Both the position numbers and the translations under genes were made by a program. Source: Octopus vulgaris (lineage: Eukaryota). From it: a stretch of DNA of 64,000 nt. This document shows, in pieces, positions 51,746 through 64,000 of the stretch (position 1 is the stretch's first letter; the number at the start of each line of letters is the position of its first letter). The DNA is taken from assembly GCA_951406725.2 (NCBI GenBank), contig OX597816.1, positions 169,074,001-169,138,000 of the forward strand. The letters run 5' to 3'. The notes below the pieces were generated by a model. That model saw only the letters and a list, made by a program, of their open reading frames with translations. It made no database searches and was not told the DNA's origin.

Positions 51746-52559
51746 GAATGCCATAAAAGTGAGAAATCTTCTTTCCTTTCAGATTCACAATGGATTACGA
51801 GAGACAAATGGAAAAATTGAGAGATGGTTGAGAGAGAATTAGACATAGGAAAATCAGGATCATCTCTTGATGAAGAATCAAATGAAGAAGAATATGAAGA
51901 GGAAGAGGAAGGAGAGTATAACCCGAGGAGGAAACAACAGAAGAAGAAAAAATGACAGATGAAGAGGGAGGAACTGAAGTAGATAGCATGTTGCAGACTT
52001 CACCTGAAGATCTTTTAGAAGAAACAGATGAAGCTAATAATGAAGATGAACAGCAGAGAAAATAGGAACCCAAATAGGTTGGATTTTGGCAATCAAAATA
52101 TATTTTAGCTACATCTGGATGTGTGTAGCTTCTTTTTTGATGACATTTTCATGTATTATTTACAAAAAAAAGAAAGAAAAAATAGAAACTGCACGTATAA
52201 CTTAGAAGCAGCGCTGCGGATGTGCCAACACACACGGGCTTGAGACATGGTCGCCCTCGCGCACTTCTCATGAGGAATTCCAGAAGGAGCTTCGTAAGAC
52301 CACTGCAGAGACGCTTCCGGAAAAAAATTCAGTAACTGTTGGAAAACCGATTGTAGCAGTGACTCGAACAATTCCTAGCGATATCTGAAGAAGGAAATTT
52401 TGTATCCCGAAATATTTTTATTATATCAGACTATGGATAATTAAATTATAACAGTTATTAAAGTCCATTGTTGTTACTGTAGTGCGTTGTTGCGCCATTC
52501 AAGACACATTATTTTTTACAAACAATACACAATGCTTCAAGCGAACTACGATACTCTCC

Positions 52560-52590
<31 letters not shown>

Positions 52591-52694
52591 ATGTGTGCAT
52601 GTATATATATATATGAATGAATGTATACATATATGTATACATATATATATATACCTACATATATATTATATATATATATGTACATATATATACA

Positions 52695-52754
<60 letters not shown>

Positions 52755-52755
52755 T

Positions 52756-52813
<58 letters not shown>

Positions 52814-52842
52814 AAAGTTTGTTTGGTAAAGCACGTGGGTGA

Positions 52843-53277
52843 ATATATAAGAAAATAGTAAAGTGTGAAAAAACGACAGAAGGCTTAAATGTTAAAAGAT
52901 ATATATATTTGTGTCAAAATGTCTGGAGAATATTGGAAAAATTTTTTTCCTTTCCTTAAAATGACATAATTTTTAAATTTTTAAAGAACGTTTCAGCTTT
53001 TCAAATTTCTTGTGACGTTATGTTTATATTGCATGGATTTATCGTTGTTTTATCTCCTGAAATAAAAACAACGATAAATCCATGCAATATAAACATAACG
53101 TCACAAAAATTTGAAAATACACGCGAAACCGGTAATTTCTTTAAAAATTTAAAAATTATGTCATTTTAAGGAAAGGAAAAAATTTTTCCAATATTCTCAC
53201 ATTTTGACACAAATATATATATCTTTTAACATTTAAGCCTTCTGTCGTTTTTTCACACTTTACTATTTTCTTATATA
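52843..53277. repeat. ~430-bp near-perfect foldback in (TA)n
   Basis: Symmetric about ~53056; the arm resembles the Penelope 3' end at 19780-19930. Confidence 0.9.
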
Positions 53278-54119
53278 TATATATATATATACATAAACAT
53301 ATATGTGTGTGTGTGTGTATGTGTGTGTGAATATGTGTGTATATGGATGTGTCCGTGCGTGAGCGTGTGTTTGTGTATATAAATGTAAAAAGGTGCGTCG
53401 ACATATTTTCTTCTACACCAAGCGCAAAACGATTCCATTCGATAAACAGATTTGAATATATAAAGTAAGAATCAAATAATGAGTTTGCTATAATCAACAA
53501 CATTCTCCAATGGCCATGAGCTTGAATTATAAAATATCTATGTTTCGATCTGTTAAGCTGGTATATTTTTGACAAATTCCATTGCTCAATATATGACGTT
53601 GGTCTCTCGTAGGTACCATTTGTATAGTAGAAATGAACTCATTAGTACATGATAACTAAACACTCATTCCTATAAAAGATCTATAACTCTTTAAAATGGC
53701 GAATTATATCAAATAAAAGGAATCCTAACATCTAAGACCATAAAAACATAATACAGTGAGACTGCGAAGCTATTAGAAATTACGATATTTATACCTAGGT
53801 GCATGGCTTAATTATTAGGGTATTTGGCTCGCGATTCTAAGGCCGTGTGGTCGATTCCCTGCTGCGCAGATGTGTTTCCCGTTGATTCAGTCCACTAAAT
53901 CGTCAAAAACGAATGGTACCTGTATTACAAAGGTCAGCCTTGTTACGCTTTGTGTCGCGTTCAGTTTCCCCGAGAGCTACGTTATAGGTTCGCGTGTCTG
54001 TAAAATGCTCTGCCACTTGCACATTCATTTCACGAGCAGGCTGTTCTGTTGATCGAATCAACTGGAACACTCATCTTTGTAACCGAGGGAGTGCCAGAGC
54101 AGGCCAAGCCAAGCCAAGC

Positions 54120-54400
54120 AGAAGTGGGCTCATCCAGTGTACAAGGACTCATCACTAATGACTTCTATTGGTCTTGAATAAATTCAGGAAACAGTTCACT
54201 GCAGTAACTTTTCACGGTCTGCAATGCTGGGTAGTTTCTGTTGCAGAATGTTGTGACCTACTCTGTGGAAAGCTTTATTAAAGACAAAGTAAATGACATC
54301 GGTGGAGGAACCCCTTTCCAGAGCATTTAGAATTCCATCAAAGTGATGCAGAAGCTGCTCTTTATGCAGCCTCTGCCATTAGGAAAACCGTGCCTGTTAG
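54120..54400 (-). pseudogene. Old CR1-like RT fragment
   Basis: DVIYFVFNKAFHRVGHNILQQKL on the minus strand. Confidence 0.6.
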
Positions 54401-56994
54401 AATATCAGGAAACAACTTTTTTTCCGGAAGGTAATTACTTTTGATCTCATAAAAAGCGCAAATATAATAGAAAGGTTTATCATATCATCTTTCATTCGTC
54501 GTTTTGAATATATTTATTGCTTCTTTTTATTTTTTGCAAGAGATTTTATCAAAAAGTTGTGTGTTCAAACATGAAATCTATTTGTATTTTAGTCGTGTCA
54601 TGTTAGTCGATATTTTGTCAGCTGAAAAACACTTATCACAGTTGTGTTCTCTGTTCGTTTTTTTATTTTTATTTCGCTTGATATAACGATCAGAACCTTA
54701 CCTAATGAATTCATTGATTTCTGTTGAATGATGAAACCCTTTGATGATAATGATATTCAGATAAGCAATTCAGTAATTAACTGTACAGAGATCAGATTTG
54801 TTTCAAAATTTCACTGAAATTCATTTTTAATTTCTTGAAATACTTTCTCCTATTCTTGGATAGTCGCTGACAGGTACCGCAAGCTTTAATTTGGTTTCTC
54901 CTACTAACAATCTAATTTCAATTTACTGAAAATGCTATTTTCCTTAGTTCATACTTTTTTGTAACTGTATACAGTATATGTATAAATCAATTAGCTTAAA
55001 AACATTGATTACCATTTTAGAAGTTTAAAACTATCTTCGGACACAAGTAAAATATATTGCTTAAGCCAAAACTGACTATTAGATTCATGTCCGGGCAAAC
55101 AGGCAACTGTTTGCCAGAAAGGGTGAATAACTGAATCAACATGGCGTATATTGATTTCTTACATAGGCATATGGGGATGGAACAGTCAATTGTTTCGCCT
55201 CCAGTATTTCACAAGTACTTCATTTTTTTTAGAACCAGCAAGGATGAAAAGCGAAGTCAACATTAGCAAGATTATTAAGGGTTTAATACTGCAATATATT
55301 TTGTCAGATACTCACACGACTCTGTTACTCTATTATTTTATCGACCACAAAATGTCTGAAGGCGACGTTTATTCTAACGAGATTTGAACTTAGAATAATG
55401 AGGGACATTAAACATTGATTTCACGTTTTGGTACAAGGCCAGCAATTCCAGGGGATGGATAGGTCAATTAGATTGACCCCAGTGCTTAACTGGTGCTTAT
55501 TTTATCGTTTTATCGACCCCGAAAGAATGAGAGGCAAAGTCGACCTCGGAGAAATTAGAACTCAGAACCGGACGAAATGCCGATAAATATTTTGACCGGT
55601 GTGCTAATGATTCTGCCATCTCGTCACCAGAGGGACATTAAATATTCTTTTCTACTCTAGGCACAAGACCCGAAATTTTTGGGGAGGGGCCAGTCGAATA
55701 GATCTACCCCAGTACGCAACTGGTACTTAATTTATCGACCCCGAAAGGATGAAAGGCAAAGTCGACCTCGGTGGAATTTAAAGTCAGAACGTAAAAACAG
55801 ACGAAGGAAGATTAAATATTGTAAAAAAGATAGTCCAGCGTTTATCATTTCTGCTTTAGATACTTTTGACATGGCAAATGTACAATTTTTGTAGCTGAGC
55901 GGGGTTTGATTAAATAGACATATCCATGAATGTGGAAAAAAAATGATTCTAAAGACTCATTCTTCGGTTACACTATTTGGATGATAATAACGATTTCTTA
56001 CTTTAGTCCAGAGCGAATAAAAAAAAAAATTGGGGAGGTGCATAAATTTTCATGTCATGTGAACTACTTTTATAGACTCTGGAGGGCAAGTAAACGCAAG
56101 CTGGATTTGACCACAGAACGCAAAGAGATGTGAAATGACTTGATACAACAAGGCATATAATCTTGTTAAATACAGTTTCCCCTTCTTTCCCATCGTTTTG
56201 CAATCAATTATAAGCCCAAATCTAATATATTCTAGATTCCTGAGAGAAATTCTCGTAATATTTTTATTTTATATTGATACTATAATTCAAATTTTATTTT
56301 CAATAATTTAGACTAAACTAAAAAATGTATATTTGCTGTGAAACTAAATTAAATTTAAATCATAATGTTGTAGAGTTACGTGGATAGATTTCCATTGAGA
56401 AAACGACAGCTTTTAATAGAAATTTAGGAATAGAGTTCAGAATCATGTGGATTAAAAAGAAAAGAAAAAATGTTGTGACACTTTCTACTAAACATAATCG
56501 AGAAACAAGATTACTCCTGAAATGAAACGAGATTTTTAGGGATGAAAAAATCTAGTGGTGAGGGTGAAGGGTGATAAGGATTTAAAAAGAACACACACAC
56601 ATACATTAGAAAACAAAACTAGATGGTGAAAAAGAAATAATTATTTAGAAAAGTGACATTATGAAAATGAAGTGTATGTTGTTGAATACGAGAAAGAACG
56701 GTTCCTTTTAAAAGAGATGCAGTGTGAATTATTGATCGTACCCAAAAGAGAGCTTGCGAAACAAAAGAGGAAAACCAAATAGAATGTGAAAATGGCATAG
56801 GAGTTAGATCATGAATAAGTGTCTTTGAGAAAATCGAATGCTTGGAGGAGATAAGTTTTGGTTTGTTTCTAGAGAATAGAAGAAATGGTATTTAAAGAAC
56901 TGATGCACTAAAAACAAAATAACATGCATGAAATTCCTCAAAAATGAGACATTAGATACCTCTCTCTCGTTCTCTCTCTCTCTTTCTCGTTTTG

Positions 56995-57361
<367 letters not shown>

Positions 57362-57819
57362 ACAGAAAGATGACAATGCCGTGAAAATAACGTGCGGCAC
57401 TCTATATTTATTGCGGAAGAATGAGTTGTCAGGAAGAGAAGGATCTGGAAAGACTAACAATACGATATGGACTATCTTAGAATATAATCGATTACAAGAA
57501 AAATACTACGTAATGAAGTAGAAGAGCAGATAAAACTGCGAATCCCAAAAAGTTACAGAAAACAGAATTGCACTCGTGCATAGAAAGATTTGTAAAATAT
57601 ATACAAACATGTATAGATTTTCCTGCGTTAACAAAAGATATGAACGTACATTGTGTAATCGGAAAATATGAGTATTAGAAATATGAGTATGAAAACGTAA
57701 CAATAGATGGTATTTGACTATCGGAGAAGAAAGCATATCACAATATTATATGCAATGCTAGATTGAGAAGTTAGAAATCAGTTAAGTAAATGATAGTGAC
57801 TGGACCATTGACTATAAAA

Positions 57820-57924
<105 letters not shown>

Positions 57925-57942
57925 TAATATTAGAAAAACATA

Positions 57943-58099
57943 TGAGTGGCTGTGTGGTAAGTAGCTTGCTAACCAGCCACATGGTTCCGGGTTCAGTCCC
58001 ACTGCGTGGCACCTTGGGCAAGTGTCTTCTGCTATAGCCTCGGGCCGACCAAAGGCTTGTGAGTGGATTTGGTAGACGGAAACTGAAAGAAGCCTGTCG

Positions 58100-58136
<37 letters not shown>

Positions 58137-58362
58137 GTATGTGTATGTATGTTTGTGTGTCTGTGTTTGTCCCTCTAGCATTGCTTGACAACCGATGCTG
58201 GTGTGTTTACGTCCCCGTCACTTAGCGGTTCGGCAAAAGAGACCGATAGAATAAGTACTGGGCTTACAAAGAATAAGTCCCGGGGTCGATTTGATCGACT
58301 AAAGGCGGTGCTCCAGCATGGCCGCAGTCAAATGACTGAAACAAGTAAAAGAGCAAAAGAGT
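57943..58362 (+). mobile_element. SINE family A
   Basis: Near-full copy. Confidence 0.9.
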
Positions 58363-59143
58363 ATATATATTATATTGTGTGGAATTTGATTTAGTATTTC
58401 TAAATTGTTTGGATTTTATTCAAATAATAATTATATATATATATATATATGTACACACACATGTACACACACACACACACGCGCGCAAGAGTGGCTATGA
58501 GGTAAGAAGCTTACTTCCCAGAGGGAGGAGCCCATGCCCTGGACAGAGGACGAAGAGTAGCCTTCGCATGTGACTACGAAGATCATATCCGATGTCGCTA
58601 TGGTCAGGGTAATGAACACCTTCTCAAAGGACATGTTTAGGTACGCCTTCTGGGGCTCCGACCTGGAGCTGGAGCATTGCCTAAGGGAAGCGTAAGCCTG
58701 GTCTGGGAGGAGAGGCTTCGTGTATAGTATTTATATATATTATATGTAATTATTGAACTATGTTGTTGTTTGTAATGGACCGATAAGTCCCAAAATTGAA
58801 AAGTTGTAAAAGTTGTAGGAGGTTTAATATCTCGTTTTGTGTTTGGTTTTGAAGAACAATGTTTTAGAGAAGCAGAAGTCGGCGGGCGCTTTTTGTCTTC
58901 TCTTATCCTTATCATCTTTCTTTCATTATCATTGATTTCATTAATGTCCTTGTCCAGCCCGCAAAACTACTTTACTCTATGTACTGCCTTTATGGCAAAT
59001 GTAATGAAATAAAGAAGCTTGCTTCCAACCACATGGTTCCGGGTTCAGTCCCACTGCGTAGCACCTTGAGCAAGTATCTTCTACTATAGCCTCGAGCCGA
59101 CCAAAGCCTTGTGAGTGGATGGAAACTGAAGGAAGCCCCTCGA

Positions 59144-59588
<445 letters not shown>

Positions 59589-59743
59589 AGAATATATATA
59601 TATATAGGCGCAGGAGTGGCTTTGTGGTAAGTAGTTTGCTTCCCAACCACATGGTTCCGGGTTCAGTCCCACTGCGCGGCCATCTTGGACAAGTGTCTTC
59701 TACTATAGCCTCGGGCCAACCAAAGCCTTTGGTGGACGGAAAC

Positions 59744-59813
<70 letters not shown>

Positions 59814-60286
59814 ATGTGTGTGTGAGGAGCTTATTTCCAGAACTGGGCTAAGTGCATATTTGGTCGATTTCATGAAGACCATTAAAACACAATCTGCAAG
59901 CTGCTGGCTTCACTCACGTGAAATTTTTTTTCGGTCAAACTGGGATAGATGCCATATAGACAGACAGTAGACGAATCTTAGTCTTTCAATCAAAATCAGA
60001 TACATTCCAGTTGTTTCCTCAATTACTCAAAAGTCATTTCGATGCATAGATCTGGTTTTGAAAGTAAGCTCTTCAATGTATTTGTGTGTCTGTGTTTGTA
60101 CCCCACCACCATCGCTTGACACCGATGTTGGTGTGTTTACGCCCCTCGTAACTTAACGTTTCGGCAAAAGAGACCGATAGAATAAGTACTAGGCTTACAT
60201 AGAAAAAGTCCTGGGTCGATTTGTTCGACTAAAGGCGGTGCTCCAGCATGGCCGCAGTGAAATGACTGAAACAAGTAAAAGAGTGA

Positions 60287-60327
<41 letters not shown>

Positions 60328-60509
60328 TCTTTCAAATTTTGGCACAAGGTCAGTAATGTCGAGGGCGGGTGTTTCTCGATTGCATCAACTCAAGTGCTCA
60401 GCTGGTACTTACTTTATCGACCCCGAAGAGATGAAATGCATAGTCGACCTCGGTGGAATTTGAACCCAGAGCCGTACCAGCGGACGAAATGCTAACAACT
60501 CTACCAGCT

Positions 60510-61584
60510 TGCCGCCGGCCAAAGGAGGGCGGCAGGGCAATCTTCACTCTGGATTCAGCTGATAGCCGGATCCGTTCTACACGTGACAGCAGGTGTTCAA
60601 CATAAACCCACAAGTCACAATGCTCGGGCATTGGACTAGAGCGTGCAGAACGGTTTCGTTGCTCTCTACGCACCTCGGACAGGCTCGGCTGACGGCACTT
60701 CCGTGCCTGTAGAGTTTATCTCGAACTGGCAGCGCCTCTCGGTAACACTGCCAAATGAGTTATCCTTAGGCTCCTGCCCGAAAGTCCTCAGGAACAGATC
60801 GGGGCGTTGATCCTCATCGATGCCCAGAGTTTCCTCGAGAACATCGTCGCACTTTTTCTCCACTAACCTTCTATAGAACGCTAGAGTGGAACTACCACCG
60901 ACCGCATTGCCCGCCTGGTGGAGGACTGTGAGCGCTTGACTAATCATTTATGGAACGCCATAGTGACACATCCATCGACCTCACTGCTTGATTGGCAGGG
61001 GCCAATGAGTACTTGACAGAATTTAAGTTGCCAAGCACCCTGCTTCGGTCAGCGCTTGATCCAGGACTGCAGCTCTGGCAAAGAGACGAGCTGCGGAAAA
61101 GAGCGTCTAACAAACAGTGTCCACGCCTGCTCACCGCCAAGAAACGCTGGAAATGTCGTTAGCCTCAGAGCATGTCTGCATATCATTAACCACGGTATGC
61201 TTATTCTTCTACCCAGTGGATGTTGACGGTAATTGGACCAGCGGAACACATCCTTTTCAAAAAAAGCGGAAAAGCAAGCATTCCATTCTAGTCAACCATG
61301 AAGTGGGAGAAGGCACGATAGCCAAGCGGTATTAGATGATGGGTACGATGTAGGCATTTGCCACCTCCACCTGATCTTTTGTATCCTCTCATTCCATCTC
61401 TATCAAACTGGTCAGTTTGCTCGTCACCACTTCTCAATTCTTTTCCACCTGATTTTAACCAGTCCGTCCATCCGTCTGTCCAGTGCCCTACGACGCGGTT
61501 GGATGCTATGGTCGAATTGCCGGCCAACGAGTTCTCCTGGTTAAGTTTTGCTCTTGTCACTGACTCGTCCGCATATGCAAACAA
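60510..61584 (-). pseudogene. Degenerate Tx1-like ORF2 C-terminal relic
   Basis: Frameshifted peptides AYADES, VVGHWTDG, RHALRL, FPQLVSLPELQSWIK, FYRRLVE and RLSAES match ORF2 at 12458-15907. Confidence 0.9.
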
Positions 61585-62300
61585 TAATGATAATAAGCCT
61601 GTCTGATGGTTACAGAGTCATGGGGCCAGAGTTTATCCGAATTTTCAAGAAGTTTAATCAGAAGGTACAAGTCTTACTCCTGCCAATCGCAGGATTGAAC
61701 CTTAGGTGCCATAACTACTCCTTTTCAACTGAGTCTAGCGGAGCAACGTAAAATGAAGTCCTTTGCTTTACAGACACAACCCATCGTCTGGGTCAAGAAT
61801 CGAACTCACGACATATGATGATGAGGCTAACTCAATCTATTACGTCACTAATTTTCACTATATAAAAGTTGTAGCCGCATTAAAGTGCCTGCTTTTGACG
61901 ATCGGAATGAAGACATGGTTTGGCATAGCCAAAAGCCTGCTCCTCTATTCTGTGGCACTCAGTGATCAGCAAAAGTATAAAGACATTTATTGATTTGCTT
62001 CTTTGAAATACAACCCATTTCTGAAAGTGTGAATAGGTACACCACCGACTGATATTTATTTTATTGATCTTATCGTATTTATTTAATTGATTACAGAAAT
62101 GATCGATAGGAGACAAAATCGACCCAACCGGGAAATACATATAAGCTATCGAAATAGAGTCTAGGAAGGATATTTTCCGCCTTTTTATGTCGTTCTTTTT
62201 GATTTACTCTTTCACTTTAATAATGATTTCTTACATGGCTACCTTTATAGATAGAGGAAATATAGAAATAGAAAATGCTGCGTATGTATATGTGTGTGCA

Positions 62301-62332
<32 letters not shown>

Positions 62333-63048
62333 TTGAAGGTTTTAATCTCAATCTTTATTCAGTTGATCAATCTAAATTCAATTGGTCGATAAATAACCGC
62401 TACGTTCTTGTACATCAGTCGTAAACAACGTGCATAGCAAAGGCAGGAGCCTCTACCTTAGAAATAGTAGTCAAATCAAACCTCCCTTATACCATAGCTT
62501 ACTGTCTACAATAAAGGATACAACAAAGTCCTAAAATGCAAAAACAAGAGAGGGATTGTCACGGTTAGAATGTCATTGATTAGTCCACTCCATCAACGCT
62601 GATCTTTGGATAAACAACAAAGAACACAATCCATCTCGAAACTAATCGTAATAATCATACATATGTGATTTGTGCAATGTAAATATCGATTTCTTATACT
62701 AGCATCGGGTTTCTTTTGGGTTATAATCGATTGAGTCGCCATTAATAAATGCCAGAAGCTTATTTTATGAGTCAAAGTCGGCCTCAGCAGAACGTGCACT
62801 TAAAGCACAGAGACGAAAGTAACGTATGTTATTCTTTAATATTGCTTTCGAATTTTAGCACAAGGCCAGCAAGTTCAGTAGTGGGGGGGGGGGGGCTAAT
62901 TCGATTACGTCGACTCCAGTGCTCAGCTGATAGGTATTCTATTGACCCCGAAAGGATGAAAGGAACAGGCGACCTCGACGGAATTTGAACTCAGAATGTA
63001 CAGCGGACAAAATGCCGCTAAACATTTTGCTCAGCATGCGAACGATTC

Positions 63049-63636
63049 TTATTTCTTTATTGCCCACTAGGAGCTAACCACAGAGGGAACAAACAAGGAC
63101 AGACAAAGGGACTAAGTCGATTACATCGACCCCAGTGCGTAACTGGTATTTAATTTATCGACCCCGAAAGGATGAAATGCAAAGTCGACCCCGGCGGAAT
63201 TTGAACTCAGAACATAACGGCAGACGAAATACCTATTTCTTTACTACCCACGAGGGACTAAACACAGAGGGAACAAACAAGGACAGAGAGACGGATTAAA
63301 TCGATTACATCGACACCAGTGCGTAACTGGTACTTATTTAATCGACCCCGAAACCATGAAAGGCAAAGTCGACCTCGGCGGAATTTGAACTCAGAACGTA
63401 ACGGCAGACGAAATACCTATTTCTTTACTACCCACAAGGGGCTAAGCACAGAGAGGAGAAACGGATTAAGTCGATTATATTGACCCCAGTGTGCAACTGG
63501 TACTTATTTAATCGACCCCGAAAGAATGAAAGGCAAAGTCGACTACGGCGGAATTTGAACTCAGAACGTAGCGACAGACGAAATACCACTAAGCATTTCG
63601 CCCGGCGCGCTAACGATTCTGCCTGCTCGCTGCCTT
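63049..63636 (-). mobile_element. Tandem trimer of SINE family B
   Basis: Three head-to-tail units (two of ~185 bp plus the full-headed unit) with the recurring junction GACGAAATACCTATTTC. Confidence 0.9.
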
Positions 63637-64000
63637 ATGTTAGTCTTTAGTATTATTCAACCGACATTGTACAAGAGAAATGTAAACGACCGAATTTGAA
63701 CCCAGAACATAAAGGACCGCGAGTAAATACCACAAAGCATGTTATACTACAGATTAACGGTTCAGTCAATCCAATCTCTTCTGCAAGATAAATATTAAGA
63801 AAACATGTGACGGTCTTATACAAAGAACAGGCTGTTATCATTAACACTTTGAAAGTTGTAGCCCTATATTTCTATCTCTCTCCAAGTTGTACTTTATCAT
63901 CTTGAACATTAATGTATCCTTCTATTCGTTATTTCTCTGTCTGATATCATACATATTCAGTAAGGAACCTCATTAAGTATTCTGGACCTTTGTGCGTTCA

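Noticed and set aside
51790-52080. Glu-rich coding-like segment
   Set aside because: Interrupted by stops; may be a transposase N-terminal relic but has no diagnostic motif.
63049-63636. CRISPR-like repeat array
   Set aside because: Units are whole SINE fragments with no unique spacers, in a eukaryotic context.

Overview
AT-rich, repeat-saturated eukaryotic DNA. The SINE families, dense microsatellites and long introns suggest an octopus/cephalopod genome (inference from repeat content). The only host gene I can support is the 5' part of a minus-strand tetraspanin (coding exons 36879-36941 and 30591-30806); I found no later exons. The dominant feature is an apparently intact ~5.9 kb L1/Tx1-type LINE (ORF1 with a CCHC knuckle; ORF2 with APE, RT and a zinc finger). 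It has (GATA)n on both sides and no poly(A), and a second, diverged 5'-truncated relative sits in the same array, suggesting (GATA)n target specificity. An abundant tRNA-derived SINE shares that LINE's last ~45 nt, and a second SINE family shares its tail with a CR1-like relic. The window also holds five non-autonomous Helitron copies, MITEs, RTE/CR1/HERO/Penelope relics, long foldbacks (some with hammerhead-like cores) and local duplications. Most short ORFs in the track are microsatellite or SINE artefacts. SINE family letters A-C are my own labels, and repeat boundaries are read by eye and approximate.
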